This document shows, piece after piece, positions 20,635 through 29,511 of a stretch of 64,000 nt of DNA (position 1 is its first letter; each line of letters begins with the position of its first letter). Source of the DNA: an uncultured Bacteroidales bacterium (GTDB taxonomy: Bacteria > Bacteroidota > Bacteroidia > Bacteroidales > CAIWKO01); assembly GCA_903913285.1 (NCBI GenBank), contig CAIWKO010000056.1:28605-92604 (forward strand), read 5' to 3'. A program made the translations under genes and the position numbers. Below the pieces are notes generated by a model. That model saw only the letters and a program-made list of their open reading frames with translations, was not told the DNA's origin and made no database searches.

Positions 20635-20741
20635 GCTGTATGTTCTGGATAATTTATTCATGCCGGTTTTCTCATTTCTTTTTTTCTTTTTAATTTAGCC
20701 AAAGTTTTCAGATCATTAATATTACTAACAGGAGATAAATT

Positions 20742-20942
20742 ATGCCCGTAATCACTATTGAAGGCCCGGTGCTTTCAGTTGATAAAAAAGAACGACTTGC
20801 TAAAGAAATCACACAACTTGCTGCCGAAATCATGAACATTCCGTTGGATGCTTACGTGATTTTTATTAAAGAAAATCCCTACGAAAACATGGCTCAGGGC
20901 GGAATATTAATTTCGGAGAAACTGAAAAAGATGAAAGGCTGA
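20742..20942 (+). CDS. 4-oxalocrotonate tautomerase family protein
   Basis: 66 aa starting MPVITIEG, with the catalytic Pro1 after Met removal. The size and beta-alpha-beta pattern fit the tautomerase family. It is preceded by AGGAG 7 nt upstream of the ATG. Confidence 0.75.
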   Translation: MPVITIEGPVLSVDKKERLAKEITQLAAEIMNIPLDAYVIFIKENPYENMAQGGILISEKLKKMKG

Positions 20943-21152
20943 ACCAATTCACAGGATAAACGCTTGAGACATTCTAAAGTTTTGTTCGCCACGCCCGAAG
21001 GTTAATACCATATTACAGAACTTCTGTTCTGCTCAATATTGCATCTCGGATTTTTATGCAGGGACATATAAGTGCATTCTCTAACATTATTTTCATCGGA
21101 CACCGATTACAAAATAAAACATACCTTTGAAAAAAGAAATAATCTAACACAA

Positions 21153-22340
21153 ATGCCATCAAACCAACTACAGGAGTTTCTCGATTTTTTCAGCGAAAGT
21201 TTGCAAAACAACCTTTTTATTAAGATAACTCTCAGCCATAAACGCGATAAAACTAATGATTTGAAGACCGTTTTCGGTAAAGTGGTGAAAATAAAGAACG
21301 AACTAAAACTCTCTTTCGTTTACCGCTATCCCACCAAGGACATCACCAAGAACTTCGATTTTTCCACGGCCAAAGATCTCGTTAATGAAATGCTGCACAA
21401 GGATTTCTTTCAGGCTGACATTTTCGCTGCCACCGAAAACCGTTTTTTGATCATCAATGCCAAAAACGAAGTGAAAGTGAATCGAAAGGCTGTTACGGTT
21501 TCAGATATTCCCGAATTCAGCCACGACAATATCAAAAAGCGTTACATAAGCCTGCAAAACAATATCTACCTCAGCGAACTCGGTATCACCACTCCCGACG
21601 GTAAAATTAAGAATGCCATGGAAGATAAATACCGCCAGATTGACAAATACATTGAAACGGTTGATTCGATAGTTGGTCAGGCAACGTTGCCCCATAGTTT
21701 TTCGGTGGTTGATATGGGTTCGGGGAAAGGATATTTAACTTTTGCACTATACGATCATTTTGTCAACACCCTGCACCTAGATGCTGATATAACGGGCATT
21801 GAGTTTCGGCAGGAACTTGTTGATAAAACCAATTTCATCGCTCAAAAGGCCGGCTTCGACAAACTCCGTTTCAAAACGGGCACCATACAAAACACCACGG
21901 TCGATAAAATTGATATGCTCATCGCCTTGCATGCATGCGACACCGCCACCGACGATGCCATATACAGAGGTATACAATCGAAGGCCGCCGTGATCATCTG
22001 TGCGCCCTGCTGCCACAAACAGATACGCAAACAACTGAATCCTGCGAATGTATTGAAGCAAATAACCAAACACGGCATTTTGGCCGAACGCCAAGCCGAA
22101 CTCATCACCGATGCTATCCGTGCCTTGATATTAGAAGCTTACGGATATAAAACCAAGGTCTTTGAATTTATCTCTGGAGAGCACACTCCCAAAAATTTGC
22201 TCATAGTCGGAACAAAAAAGAAAGAAATTGAAGCTCCCGACAAGAAATTGTTGCAAGAAGTAGCGGAAATACGAAAGATATACGGCATCGAATTCCACTA
22301 TCTTGAAAAACTTTTGCACATAAACAACACGAATAACTAA
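21153..22340 (+). CDS. Class I SAM-dependent methyltransferase
   Basis: VVDMGSGKGYLTFAL (motif I) and ALHACDTATD. I placed the start at ATG 21153 rather than the GTG at 21072. Confidence 0.8.
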   Translation: MPSNQLQEFLDFFSESLQNNLFIKITLSHKRDKTNDLKTVFGKVVKIKNELKLSFVYRYPTKDITKNFDFSTAKDLVNEMLHKDFFQADIFAATENRFLIINAKNEVKVNRKAVTVSDIPEFSHDNIKKRYISLQNNIYLSELGITTPDGKIKNAMEDKYRQIDKYIETVDSIVGQATLPHSFSVVDMGSGKGYLTFALYDHFVNTLHLDADITGIEFRQELVDKTNFIAQKAGFDKLRFKTGTIQNTTVDKIDMLIALHACDTATDDAIYRGIQSKAAVIICAPCCHKQIRKQLNPANVLKQITKHGILAERQAELITDAIRALILEAYGYKTKVFEFISGEHTPKNLLIVGTKKKEIEAPDKKLLQEVAEIRKIYGIEFHYLEKLLHINNTNN

Positions 22341-22424
22341 TTCTTTCACTGTTTTTTGTTTTTATTATAAACATCTTTTGCAGTCAATCAATTTTTTTTG
22401 TAATTTCACTTTTCGAATAAATAG

Positions 22425-22432
22425 TATTTTTG
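22425..22432 (+). promoter_or_regulatory. Candidate -7 box TATTTTTG upstream of the FeS oxidoreductase pair
   Basis: Exact TAnnTTTG match. It would give a leader of about 160 nt before ATG 22596. Motif only. Confidence 0.3.
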
Positions 22433-22595
22433 CACAGAAATAAAAAACAGTTTGCTTAATATACTGTTGTTGTATCAATGGAATGAGAAACGGGAAGAAG
22501 ATTTCTGAACAAAAATAAAATTTATTTTAGGGAACATCGTGATTGGGATTTGAGCAGAATTCTTATAAAACAATGGATTAACAGAACAAAAAACT

Positions 22596-23900
22596 ATGGC
22601 AAAACAAATACTTTTTATCATCGCTTTGCTTATCACCTTGGGTGTGTTTGCGTATACGATCATGAGATTGTGGTCGTTTTTCAAACTCACCAAACCCTTC
22701 CCCATCCGAAACTACGGAAAGCGGATCGGCTTGGTGCTCGAAATAGCATTCGGGCAAACAAAAATATTCCGGCGTCCTGTTATCGGGTTCCTTCATGCAA
22801 TAGTTTTCTGGGGTTTTTGTGTGATATTGTTGGGCAGCATCGAAATGGTGTTCGACGGCGTTAGCGGAGGCGAAAAATCTTTCTACGTGGCAGGATTTAT
22901 CTATAAATTTATTTTTGCTTCGGGCGATGTGTTCGCTGTGCTTATATTGATCGCGATATTTATCTTCATAGTACGCCGCTTGTTCTTTAGAATAAAGAGA
23001 TTCATGGGAAGCGAGCTCTCGCATAAAAACCATGCCGACGCTTATGTGGCTCTTTCTATCATTTTTTTATTGATGGTTTCGCTGCTTTCAATGAATGTGT
23101 TTTACTGTGCGATGCATCCCACCAATCTTAAAGGATATTATCCTGTCGGGATATTTTTGGCCGGCTATTTTAAAGATTTGAACTACGAATCGGCACACAT
23201 TCTGTATGAAATAAGTTGGTGGTGGCATATTTTGCTGATCTTTTTGTTTGCCAACATCCTGCCCTACTCCAAACATTTTCATGTTTTCTTATCCATTCCC
23301 AACGTATTTTTCTCGCGTTTGGATCCTTTGGGTAAACTTCCAAACATGGACAGCATCACCAAAGAAGTGAAACTGATGATGAATCCCGAAACCGCGTTTG
23401 CCGCTCCCGACCCGAACGAAGCGCCGCCCGAACGTTTCGGAGTGAAAGATGTGGAAGACATCACATGGAAAAACTATTTCGACTCGCTTTCGTGCACTCA
23501 ATGCGGCCGGTGCACATCGGTTTGTCCGGCCAATATCACGGGCAAAAAACTTTCGCCACGCAAAATTATGATGGATGTGCGTGCCCGCATGAAAGAAAAA
23601 GGCCCGAAACTTGTGAAACAGGGAAAAGATTTCAGCGACAGCAAAGCTTTGCTGAAGGATTATATCAGTTTGGAAGAAATTTGGGCGTGCACCACCTGCA
23701 CTGCCTGTGCGCAGGAATGCCCTGTGAACATCAACCAGCCGACTATTATTGTTGATCTGCGCCGCTATCTGGTGATGGAAGAATCGTCGGGACCTGCGGG
23801 GTTGAACACTATCTTTAATAATATTACCAACAATGGCGCTCCCTGGCAGTTTTCGCCCGAAGATCGTATGTTGTGGGCGGAAGAGTTATACACCAAATAA
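22596..23900 (+). CDS. Membrane-anchored (Fe-S)-binding protein: polytopic N-terminal domain plus a 2x[4Fe-4S] ferredoxin-type domain
   Basis: 434 aa. About 6 hydrophobic helices are followed by CTQCGRCTSVCPA and CTTCTACAQECPV cluster motifs. Confidence 0.85.
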   Translation: MAKQILFIIALLITLGVFAYTIMRLWSFFKLTKPFPIRNYGKRIGLVLEIAFGQTKIFRRPVIGFLHAIVFWGFCVILLGSIEMVFDGVSGGEKSFYVAGFIYKFIFASGDVFAVLILIAIFIFIVRRLFFRIKRFMGSELSHKNHADAYVALSIIFLLMVSLLSMNVFYCAMHPTNLKGYYPVGIFLAGYFKDLNYESAHILYEISWWWHILLIFLFANILPYSKHFHVFLSIPNVFFSRLDPLGKLPNMDSITKEVKLMMNPETAFAAPDPNEAPPERFGVKDVEDITWKNYFDSLSCTQCGRCTSVCPANITGKKLSPRKIMMDVRARMKEKGPKLVKQGKDFSDSKALLKDYISLEEIWACTTCTACAQECPVNINQPTIIVDLRRYLVMEESSGPAGLNTIFNNITNNGAPWQFSPEDRMLWAEELYTK

Positions 23901-23915
23901 TAAAATTTTATTCGG

Positions 23916-24713
23916 ATGGAAGAAACAAAAAAAATTGAAGTGCCTGTGATGGCAAAAGTGTTTGCGAATGGTCAGCGTCCCGAATATCTTTTTTGGGTAG
24001 GTTGTGCAGGCGCTTTCGACGACCGTTATAAAAAAGTGGCACGGGCGTTCACAAAAATATTGGAACATTTCAACATCAGCTACGCGGTGCTCGGCAAAGA
24101 AGAAACCTGCACGGGCGACCCCGCACGCCGCGCCGGTAACGAAATGCTGTATCAGATGCAGGCGCTTATGAATATTGAAACTTTCGGGCGCTACGAAGTG
24201 AAAAAGATATTGACCATTTGCCCGCATTGCTATAATATTTTTAAAAACGATTATCGCGACCTGGGCGGCAATTATGAGGTGATGCATTACACTCAATTTC
24301 TTCAGAAACTGATACACGAGGGCATTTTGAAAATTGATTCCGACTTGTTTAAAGATAAAAAGATCACGTTCCACGACCCGTGTTATTTGGGACGGGCCAA
24401 TAAAGAATATCATGCTCCGAGGGCAGTTTTGCATGCTATTCCATCACATAAAGTGGAGATGGAACGCCACAAAAGTTTTGCCTTATGTTGCGGAGCCGGA
24501 GGCGGACAGATGTTTAAGGAAGCCGAGCCGGGCGATAAGGAAGTGTTTATTGAACGCACCGAAGAAGCGCTGCGAACCGGTGCCGACATTATTGCTACCT
24601 CCTGCCCTTTTTGTATGACCATGCTCACCGACGGACTGAAATATAAAAACAAGGAAGAGGAAATTTTTAACTGGGATATTGCGGAGTTGGTGGAGAAGGC
24701 GTTGGGGATTTAG
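23916..24713 (+). CDS. (Fe-S)-binding protein with two cysteine-rich CCG domains (HdrD/GlpC-like)
   Basis: 265 aa with VGCAGAF…CPHCYNIF and CCGAGGG…SCPFCMTML motifs. It starts 15 nt after the preceding gene. Confidence 0.85.
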   Translation: MEETKKIEVPVMAKVFANGQRPEYLFWVGCAGAFDDRYKKVARAFTKILEHFNISYAVLGKEETCTGDPARRAGNEMLYQMQALMNIETFGRYEVKKILTICPHCYNIFKNDYRDLGGNYEVMHYTQFLQKLIHEGILKIDSDLFKDKKITFHDPCYLGRANKEYHAPRAVLHAIPSHKVEMERHKSFALCCGAGGGQMFKEAEPGDKEVFIERTEEALRTGADIIATSCPFCMTMLTDGLKYKNKEEEIFNWDIAELVEKALGI

Positions 24714-24738
24714 GCTGTAGGCTTTAGGCTTTAGGAAG
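24711..24738 (+). repeat. Four tandem heptamers TAGGCTG TAGGCTT TAGGCTT TAGGAAG starting at the stop codon of the CCG-domain gene
   Basis: Read directly. The first TAG is the stop codon (24711-24713). Confidence 0.75.
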
Positions 24739-24788
24739 ATGCAGGATTTAACTTCTATTTGCAGGCTATAGACTTCAAACATTTCTAT

Positions 24789-24831
24789 AACCACGGTGAA
24801 CACAGAGGGAAAACGGAGGTACACAGAGAGG
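24789..24831 (+). repeat. Leader block AACCACGGTGAACACAGAGGGAAAACGGAGGTACACAGAGAGG (copy B of the motif at 9012-9052)
   Basis: It shares AACCACGG and ACGGAGG-N-ACACAGAGA with copy A. A related GACGGAGACGGAGGATAC lies at 24909-24926. Confidence 0.7.
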
Positions 24832-25198
24832 TTTGAATACCAAAAGACATGGTTAGGGGTTTAGGCTGTAGGTTGTGAACTTTTAGGTTGTGAGGGCATA
24901 GATAATCTGACGGAGACGGAGGATACTTTTGAACGGGCGATAAACCCCGAAAACTATTGATGCCATAAAGAGCATAGACTAACAGAGTACCTTAAATTTT
25001 TGATAAGCAGTATAAGCAAACTCAAGGTGAATGTATTGAAAAGCGAATCTCGCCTAATGTTATGGATTATTGGCAAAGAGAAAAAGAATACTGCGACGGC
25101 GGTGAAGAAATCAGAAGCGAAAAAATAAATTATCATTACCGTGTTTGTTGTTAGCAATCATTAGTTTTGCAAAGTATTTATTCTGTTAAGCATCATCT

Positions 25199-25497
25199 TT
25201 GGAGCGTTTTGAACTTCGATTGGTGTGTTTTGAACGGTCTTTGTCCAATTTTGAACATTGACAGTTCTATTTTGAATATTAACACAGTAATTTAAGTTAT
25301 TGACACTTGTATTTTGAATATTGTCACTTCTATTTTGGGTATTGACACTTTAATTTCAGATATTAACACTTTGATTTTGAATATTGACTCTTATATTTCG
25401 AATATTGTCTCTCGTATTTTGAATATTGACTATCGTATTTACGATATTGACACCCGTATTTTGAATATTGACACCCGTATTATTGACATTGACACTC
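25199..25497. repeat. Tandem array 2: 14 units of exactly 21 bp, consensus CACNNGTATTTTGAATATTGA
   Basis: Units start at 25199 and recur every 21 bp to 25472 with no indels, plus a truncated CACTC. The core is TATTTTGAATATTGA. An inverted copy of the core 11-mer (AATATTCAAAA) lies at 25596-25606. Confidence 0.9.
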
Positions 25498-26027
25498 TTT
25501 TTAGTTATTATCTTCCTAATTAATTTAATAATATGTGTTCTGATTTTTGTGTCATTTGTAATAAAATTTGTATCTTTAATTCGTTTTTTTGATATAATAT
25601 TCAAAAGAGATGCAGTGGATCGCATAAAATTGCTTCTCTTTGCTGATGTGTTTTATTTATGAATTAAAATATTTGATATTATGAACAATCGGGAGATTAT
25701 GCATTTCAATTTGTTTGACAGGATTCGGGTATTTATCGCAAAGCATATTGTTGAACGTAACTCCGAGAGTATGTTTGCAACTACCAAATTGAATTTGACG
25801 AACACATGAGGACGCAAAGAAGAATGAAGAATACAGAAGATAGAATAGAATGATTGTTTCTGCGAAACAATTTAACATTTGAGCTATAGGGAGGATTTTT
25901 TTTGAGGGATTGAATAAATTAGTATTTTTACAAGGACAAAGGGGTGAAAATGAATAAAAATAAACCAACTCAGGTGGAACCTAAAAACATAAGGGCGACT
26001 GAGGTTGGAACCTCAGCCGAACTGGGT

Positions 26028-26891
26028 ATGAATGACAAGATTGGTACGATTGGAATACTTATTTTATTTTTAATATTTGTTAATATCCAAAAATCAACAG
26101 CACAAGACTATATTGGATTTGTTTATGATAAAGAATCTAATAAACCGCTTGAATATGTATGTATTGGTGTAATAAACAAAAGTAATGGTACAATTGCTGA
26201 TGAGAATGGACAATTTCATATTAAAATTGAGAACAAATTTTTAGATGACAGTATTCGATTTTCTTTAATTGGTTATGATAGTAAAAAAATGCTTGTTAAG
26301 GATTTTGTTCATAATGCTTTAAAAGGAAATTTGAAAATTTATTTAGTCAAAAAAAGCTACAATCTCAAAGAAGTAGATATCAGACCAAAGATATATAAGC
26401 AAAAAGTCATTGGCAATAGTTCAAGTACCTTAAATATTTTTTCATGTCTAAACGACACGGCAGGCACAGGAATACGTATTGGTTGCGAATATGGAACGTT
26501 AATGAAGATCCCGAAATCTCCTTGTTTTATTGATGACATTAAAATCAAAATCACAGAATGTAGTTTCGATAGTGTATTGTTCAGATTGAATATTTACTCT
26601 ATTGATGACAACTCAAACATTGAAAATATACTTAGATGGCCAATTTATGTATATTTTACCAGCACAAATGATATTGAATATAAAACTATTGATTTAAAGG
26701 AATACGGATTAGAAACAAGTACTAATTTTATTGCAACATTAGAATTTATTAAAATAAAAGGAAAAGGTACAATTTGTTTTGGTTATAATTTTTTTGGCAG
26801 CATTGGATATAATCGAGTAAACGGACAAGATGATTGGATAAAAAGTGAAAATAATATTAGTATAAGTTCTACCGTGACTTATGAAAAATAA
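26028..26891 (+). CDS. Secreted CarboxypepD_reg-like domain protein (no TonB-dependent barrel)
   Basis: It has a signal-like start MNDKIGTIGILILFLIFVNIQKSTAQ. The segment GFVYDKESNKPLEYVCIGVINKSNGTIADENGQFHI resembles the carboxypeptidase-regulatory-like fold found at the N-terminus of SusC/TonB receptors. I chose the ATG 26028 start over the GTG at 25944. Confidence 0.7.
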   Translation: MNDKIGTIGILILFLIFVNIQKSTAQDYIGFVYDKESNKPLEYVCIGVINKSNGTIADENGQFHIKIENKFLDDSIRFSLIGYDSKKMLVKDFVHNALKGNLKIYLVKKSYNLKEVDIRPKIYKQKVIGNSSSTLNIFSCLNDTAGTGIRIGCEYGTLMKIPKSPCFIDDIKIKITECSFDSVLFRLNIYSIDDNSNIENILRWPIYVYFTSTNDIEYKTIDLKEYGLETSTNFIATLEFIKIKGKGTICFGYNFFGSIGYNRVNGQDDWIKSENNISISSTVTYEK

Positions 26892-26992
26892 AATATCCAA
26901 GCAATTTAAAAAAATTGATCTTTAATCTTTTAGTATTCATTTGAAATAAAATTGCAAGTGTTTTCGTTTTAGTTTTCAGAATATTGATTAGT

Positions 26993-27577
26993 ATGAAGTT
27001 TGAAAAAGTACTTAGTGGTTTGATTTTTTTTCTGTTTTTATGCCCAACTTTATTATTTTCACAAAGTAACGATTCGATAAAAATTTTATTTACAGGAATT
27101 GTTATTACTGCTGATAGTCTCAAACCTATTCCTTTTGTAAATATCAAGATTGAGGGTACATCACAAAATGCTCTGACTGATAATAAGGGTTTTTTTTCTT
27201 TTAAAACTTATAAAAATAAAAATATTATTTTTTCTTGTTTGGGTTATAAAACTGCTTATTTTAAAATACCTGATACTGTTAAACATGACCATTATTTTTT
27301 CATACAAGGCATGATGCAGGATACATTACATTTAAATGAAACCTTAATTTTACCATGGGCAAATTATATGGATTTTCAGAAAGCAATTATTACTACAGAT
27401 ATCAATAACGATGAAATGAAACGAGCCAGAAAAAATATAAAGCAGATACAGGATATTTCATTAACAGCTAATCTGCCCTTGGATGCAGAAGCAAACTATA
27501 AAAATTTTGTTGCAAAAATGTGGACTACCGCACGCACAAAAGGGCAAATGACTTTATTAATAAATTTTGCTTTTTGA
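26993..27577 (+). CDS. Secreted CarboxypepD_reg-like domain protein
   Basis: It has the signal peptide MKFEKVLSGLIFFLFLCPTLLFSQ. The segment FTGIVITADSLKPIPFVNIKIEGTSQNALTDNKGFFSF follows. I preferred the ATG at 26993 over the TTG at 26984. Confidence 0.7.
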   Translation: MKFEKVLSGLIFFLFLCPTLLFSQSNDSIKILFTGIVITADSLKPIPFVNIKIEGTSQNALTDNKGFFSFKTYKNKNIIFSCLGYKTAYFKIPDTVKHDHYFFIQGMMQDTLHLNETLILPWANYMDFQKAIITTDINNDEMKRARKNIKQIQDISLTANLPLDAEANYKNFVAKMWTTARTKGQMTLLINFAF

Positions 27578-27645
27578 GGAAAAATGTCTAAACCGTTGAT
27601 TAAATTGATGTAATGATTAATCTGATTTATTAAGTAGGCGGAGCC

Positions 27646-27673
27646 TAAAAAAGAGACCGACGAATCGGTCTCT
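27646..27673 (-). terminator. Rho-independent terminator after etfA
   Basis: A 9-bp perfect stem AGAGACCGA/TCGGTCTCT (27652-27660 / 27665-27673) with a 4-nt loop. On the minus strand it is followed by a TTTTTT run (27646-27651). It lies 26 nt after the etfA stop. Confidence 0.65.
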
Positions 27674-27698
27674 TTCCATTATGAGCATTTACATTTTG

Positions 27699-28670
27699 TT
27701 ATTGAGCTTTCAATTCTTTAACTGCCGCAATCAGTTCGGGAAGCACTTTGAGCACATCGCCAACAATTCCGTAATCGGCGGCTTCAAATATAGGAGCATC
27801 GGGGTCTTTATTGATGGCTACAATGCATTTTGAGCCGGAGATGCCGCCCAAATGCTGTATGGCGCCCGAAATTCCGCAGGCAAAATACAAATTCGGAGCA
27901 ATCACTTTTCCGGTTTGCCCGGTATGTTCATCGTGAGGCCGCCAGCCTTCGTCGGAAACCGGACGCGAACAAGCGGTTCCGGCACCTAAAAGCGCTGCCA
28001 GTTCTTCAATAGGTCCCCAGTTTTCGGGGCCTTTCATCCCGCGACCGCCCGAAACCACAATTTCGGCATCGGTCAATAAAATTTTTCCTGTAATCTTGTT
28101 TACTTCTTTCACCACGGTTTTCAGTTCGCTGTCTTTAACTTCCGGCTGAAAGGCTTCAACAGCCACTTCCACCTTTGATTCAATCAGCCCGAAAGCATTT
28201 TGCAACAAAGTGATGATACGGACCGGAGTTTTGATAACAATATTTCCCAAAGCCTTGGAAGTAAAAACTTTTTTGGTAACCGTAAACGGGTCGAAACTTG
28301 AAGGAACAGCGGTGGCACCGGTGGCCAAACCGGCTTTCAGTCGAACCGAAAGCCGCGAAGCAATGGCTTTCCCCGAATTGTTATGCGCAAAAATTATCAC
28401 ATTTGCATTTTCTTTGGCAACTGCCTGCGCAACAACGGAGGTGTAGGCCTGGTTGTTCAGCCATTTCAACTTGTCGTCCTGAACATTCAGCACTTTCGTG
28501 GCGCCATAGTTTCCAAGAGCTTTAAGCTGTTCATCATTTACATTACCTATCGATAGGGCAACAACTGATGTTCCGAGTTTTTTTGCGATTTCCTGAGCAT
28601 AGGATACCAATTCAAAAGTTACTTTCTTGAATTTTCCGTCCCAGTTTTCTGTGTATACTAAAACACTCAT
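27699..28670 (-). CDS. etfA: Electron transfer flavoprotein subunit alpha
   Basis: 323 aa. The C-terminal FAD-binding signature is [18 protein letters not shown], with [12 protein letters not shown]. Confidence 0.9.
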   Translation of the reverse strand: MSVLVYTENWDGKFKKVTFELVSYAQEIAKKLGTSVVALSIGNVNDEQLKALGNYGATKVLNVQDDKLKWLNNQAYTSVVAQAVAKENANVIIFAHNNSGKAIASRLSVRLKAGLATGATAVPSSFDPFTVTKKVFTSKALGNIVIKTPVRIITLLQNAFGLIESKVEVAVEAFQPEVKDSELKTVVKEVNKITGKILLTDAEIVVSGGRGMKGPENWGPIEELAALLGAGTACSRPVSDEGWRPHDEHTGQTGKVIAPNLYFACGISGAIQHLGGISGSKCIVAINKDPDAPIFEAADYGIVGDVLKVLPELIAAVKELKAQ

Positions 28671-28717
28671 ATTTTTTTTGATTATTTTTTAAAATTTATA
28701 AATGATTAAAACAGCCA

Positions 28718-29467
28718 CTAAATTAGTTTCGCTTCATTATGCAACAAATTAACCAATTCCCTCACGTTATCCGGATCAATTTTCTTGCAGGCTGCTTTAG
28801 GCTTTGGCAGATCAAAACCAACAAATTCAGTTAACAGATCGGCTGCAATTGGTTCAACCGCAGTCAGCGGTTTTGATTTTGCCGTCATAATACCTCTCAT
28901 CGAAGGGATACGTGCATCTTTTGCGATCCCTTTTTGAATTATTGCAATAAAAGGCAGTTGAGTAGCAACTGTTTCCTGCCCACCATCAATTTCGCGTTTC
29001 AATTCAACAGCACCGTTAACAACATCGAGATGAGAAACTGCAGAAACAGAAGGCAAGTCGAGCATTTCCGAAAGCATACCGCCTAAGGCAGCACCATTAT
29101 AATCGCTGGATTCTATCCCGCATATTACGATATCAAACGATTCTTTCCTAACAACTTCAGCAATCTGACTAGCTACAAAAAAAGTATCCTTTGGTTCGGC
29201 ATTAATTCGAATTGCTGCATCTGCACCAATTGCCAATGCTTTGCGTATGGTTGGTTCAGAATCGATCAAACCAACATTAACAACAGTAATATTTTCAATA
29301 ATTCCGGGCTGGGCATCTTTAATTTCCAATGCTCTTGTGAGGGCCAGTTCATCCCATGGGTTTATGATCCATTGAACTCCCGCGATATCAAATGCTGTAT
29401 TATTATTTACGAATTTGATCTTTGTGGTAGTGTCAGGAACATTGCTTATACAAATAAGAATTTTCAT
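28718..29467 (-). CDS. etfB: Electron transfer flavoprotein subunit beta
   Basis: 249 aa. MKILICISNVPDTTTKIKF… and the family layout fit EtfB. It sits directly upstream of etfA. Confidence 0.9.
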   Translation of the reverse strand: MKILICISNVPDTTTKIKFVNNNTAFDIAGVQWIINPWDELALTRALEIKDAQPGIIENITVVNVGLIDSEPTIRKALAIGADAAIRINAEPKDTFFVASQIAEVVRKESFDIVICGIESSDYNGAALGGMLSEMLDLPSVSAVSHLDVVNGAVELKREIDGGQETVATQLPFIAIIQKGIAKDARIPSMRGIMTAKSKPLTAVEPIAADLLTEFVGFDLPKPKAACKKIDPDNVRELVNLLHNEAKLI

Positions 29468-29511
29468 AACAGTTTTAAAATTTCTATTTAATAAAATTGG
29501 TGAATACTAAA

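Noticed and set aside
25199-25497. Array 2 as a stack of Bacteroidota promoters (each unit contains TATTTTG and TTGACA)
   Set aside because: TATTTTG is one T short of the TAnnTTTG consensus. The TTTG-to-TA spacing inside the array (14 nt) does not fit the ~19-21 nt spacing I recall for the -33/-7 elements. I kept it only as an unexplained repeat.
24954-25968. 67-aa and 103-aa minus-strand ORFs and a 42-aa plus-strand ORF (25681-25809) in the 1.3-kb gap
   Set aside because: They are hydrophobic, low-complexity translations of AT-rich DNA. They have no start context and no motifs, so I treat the gap as non-coding.
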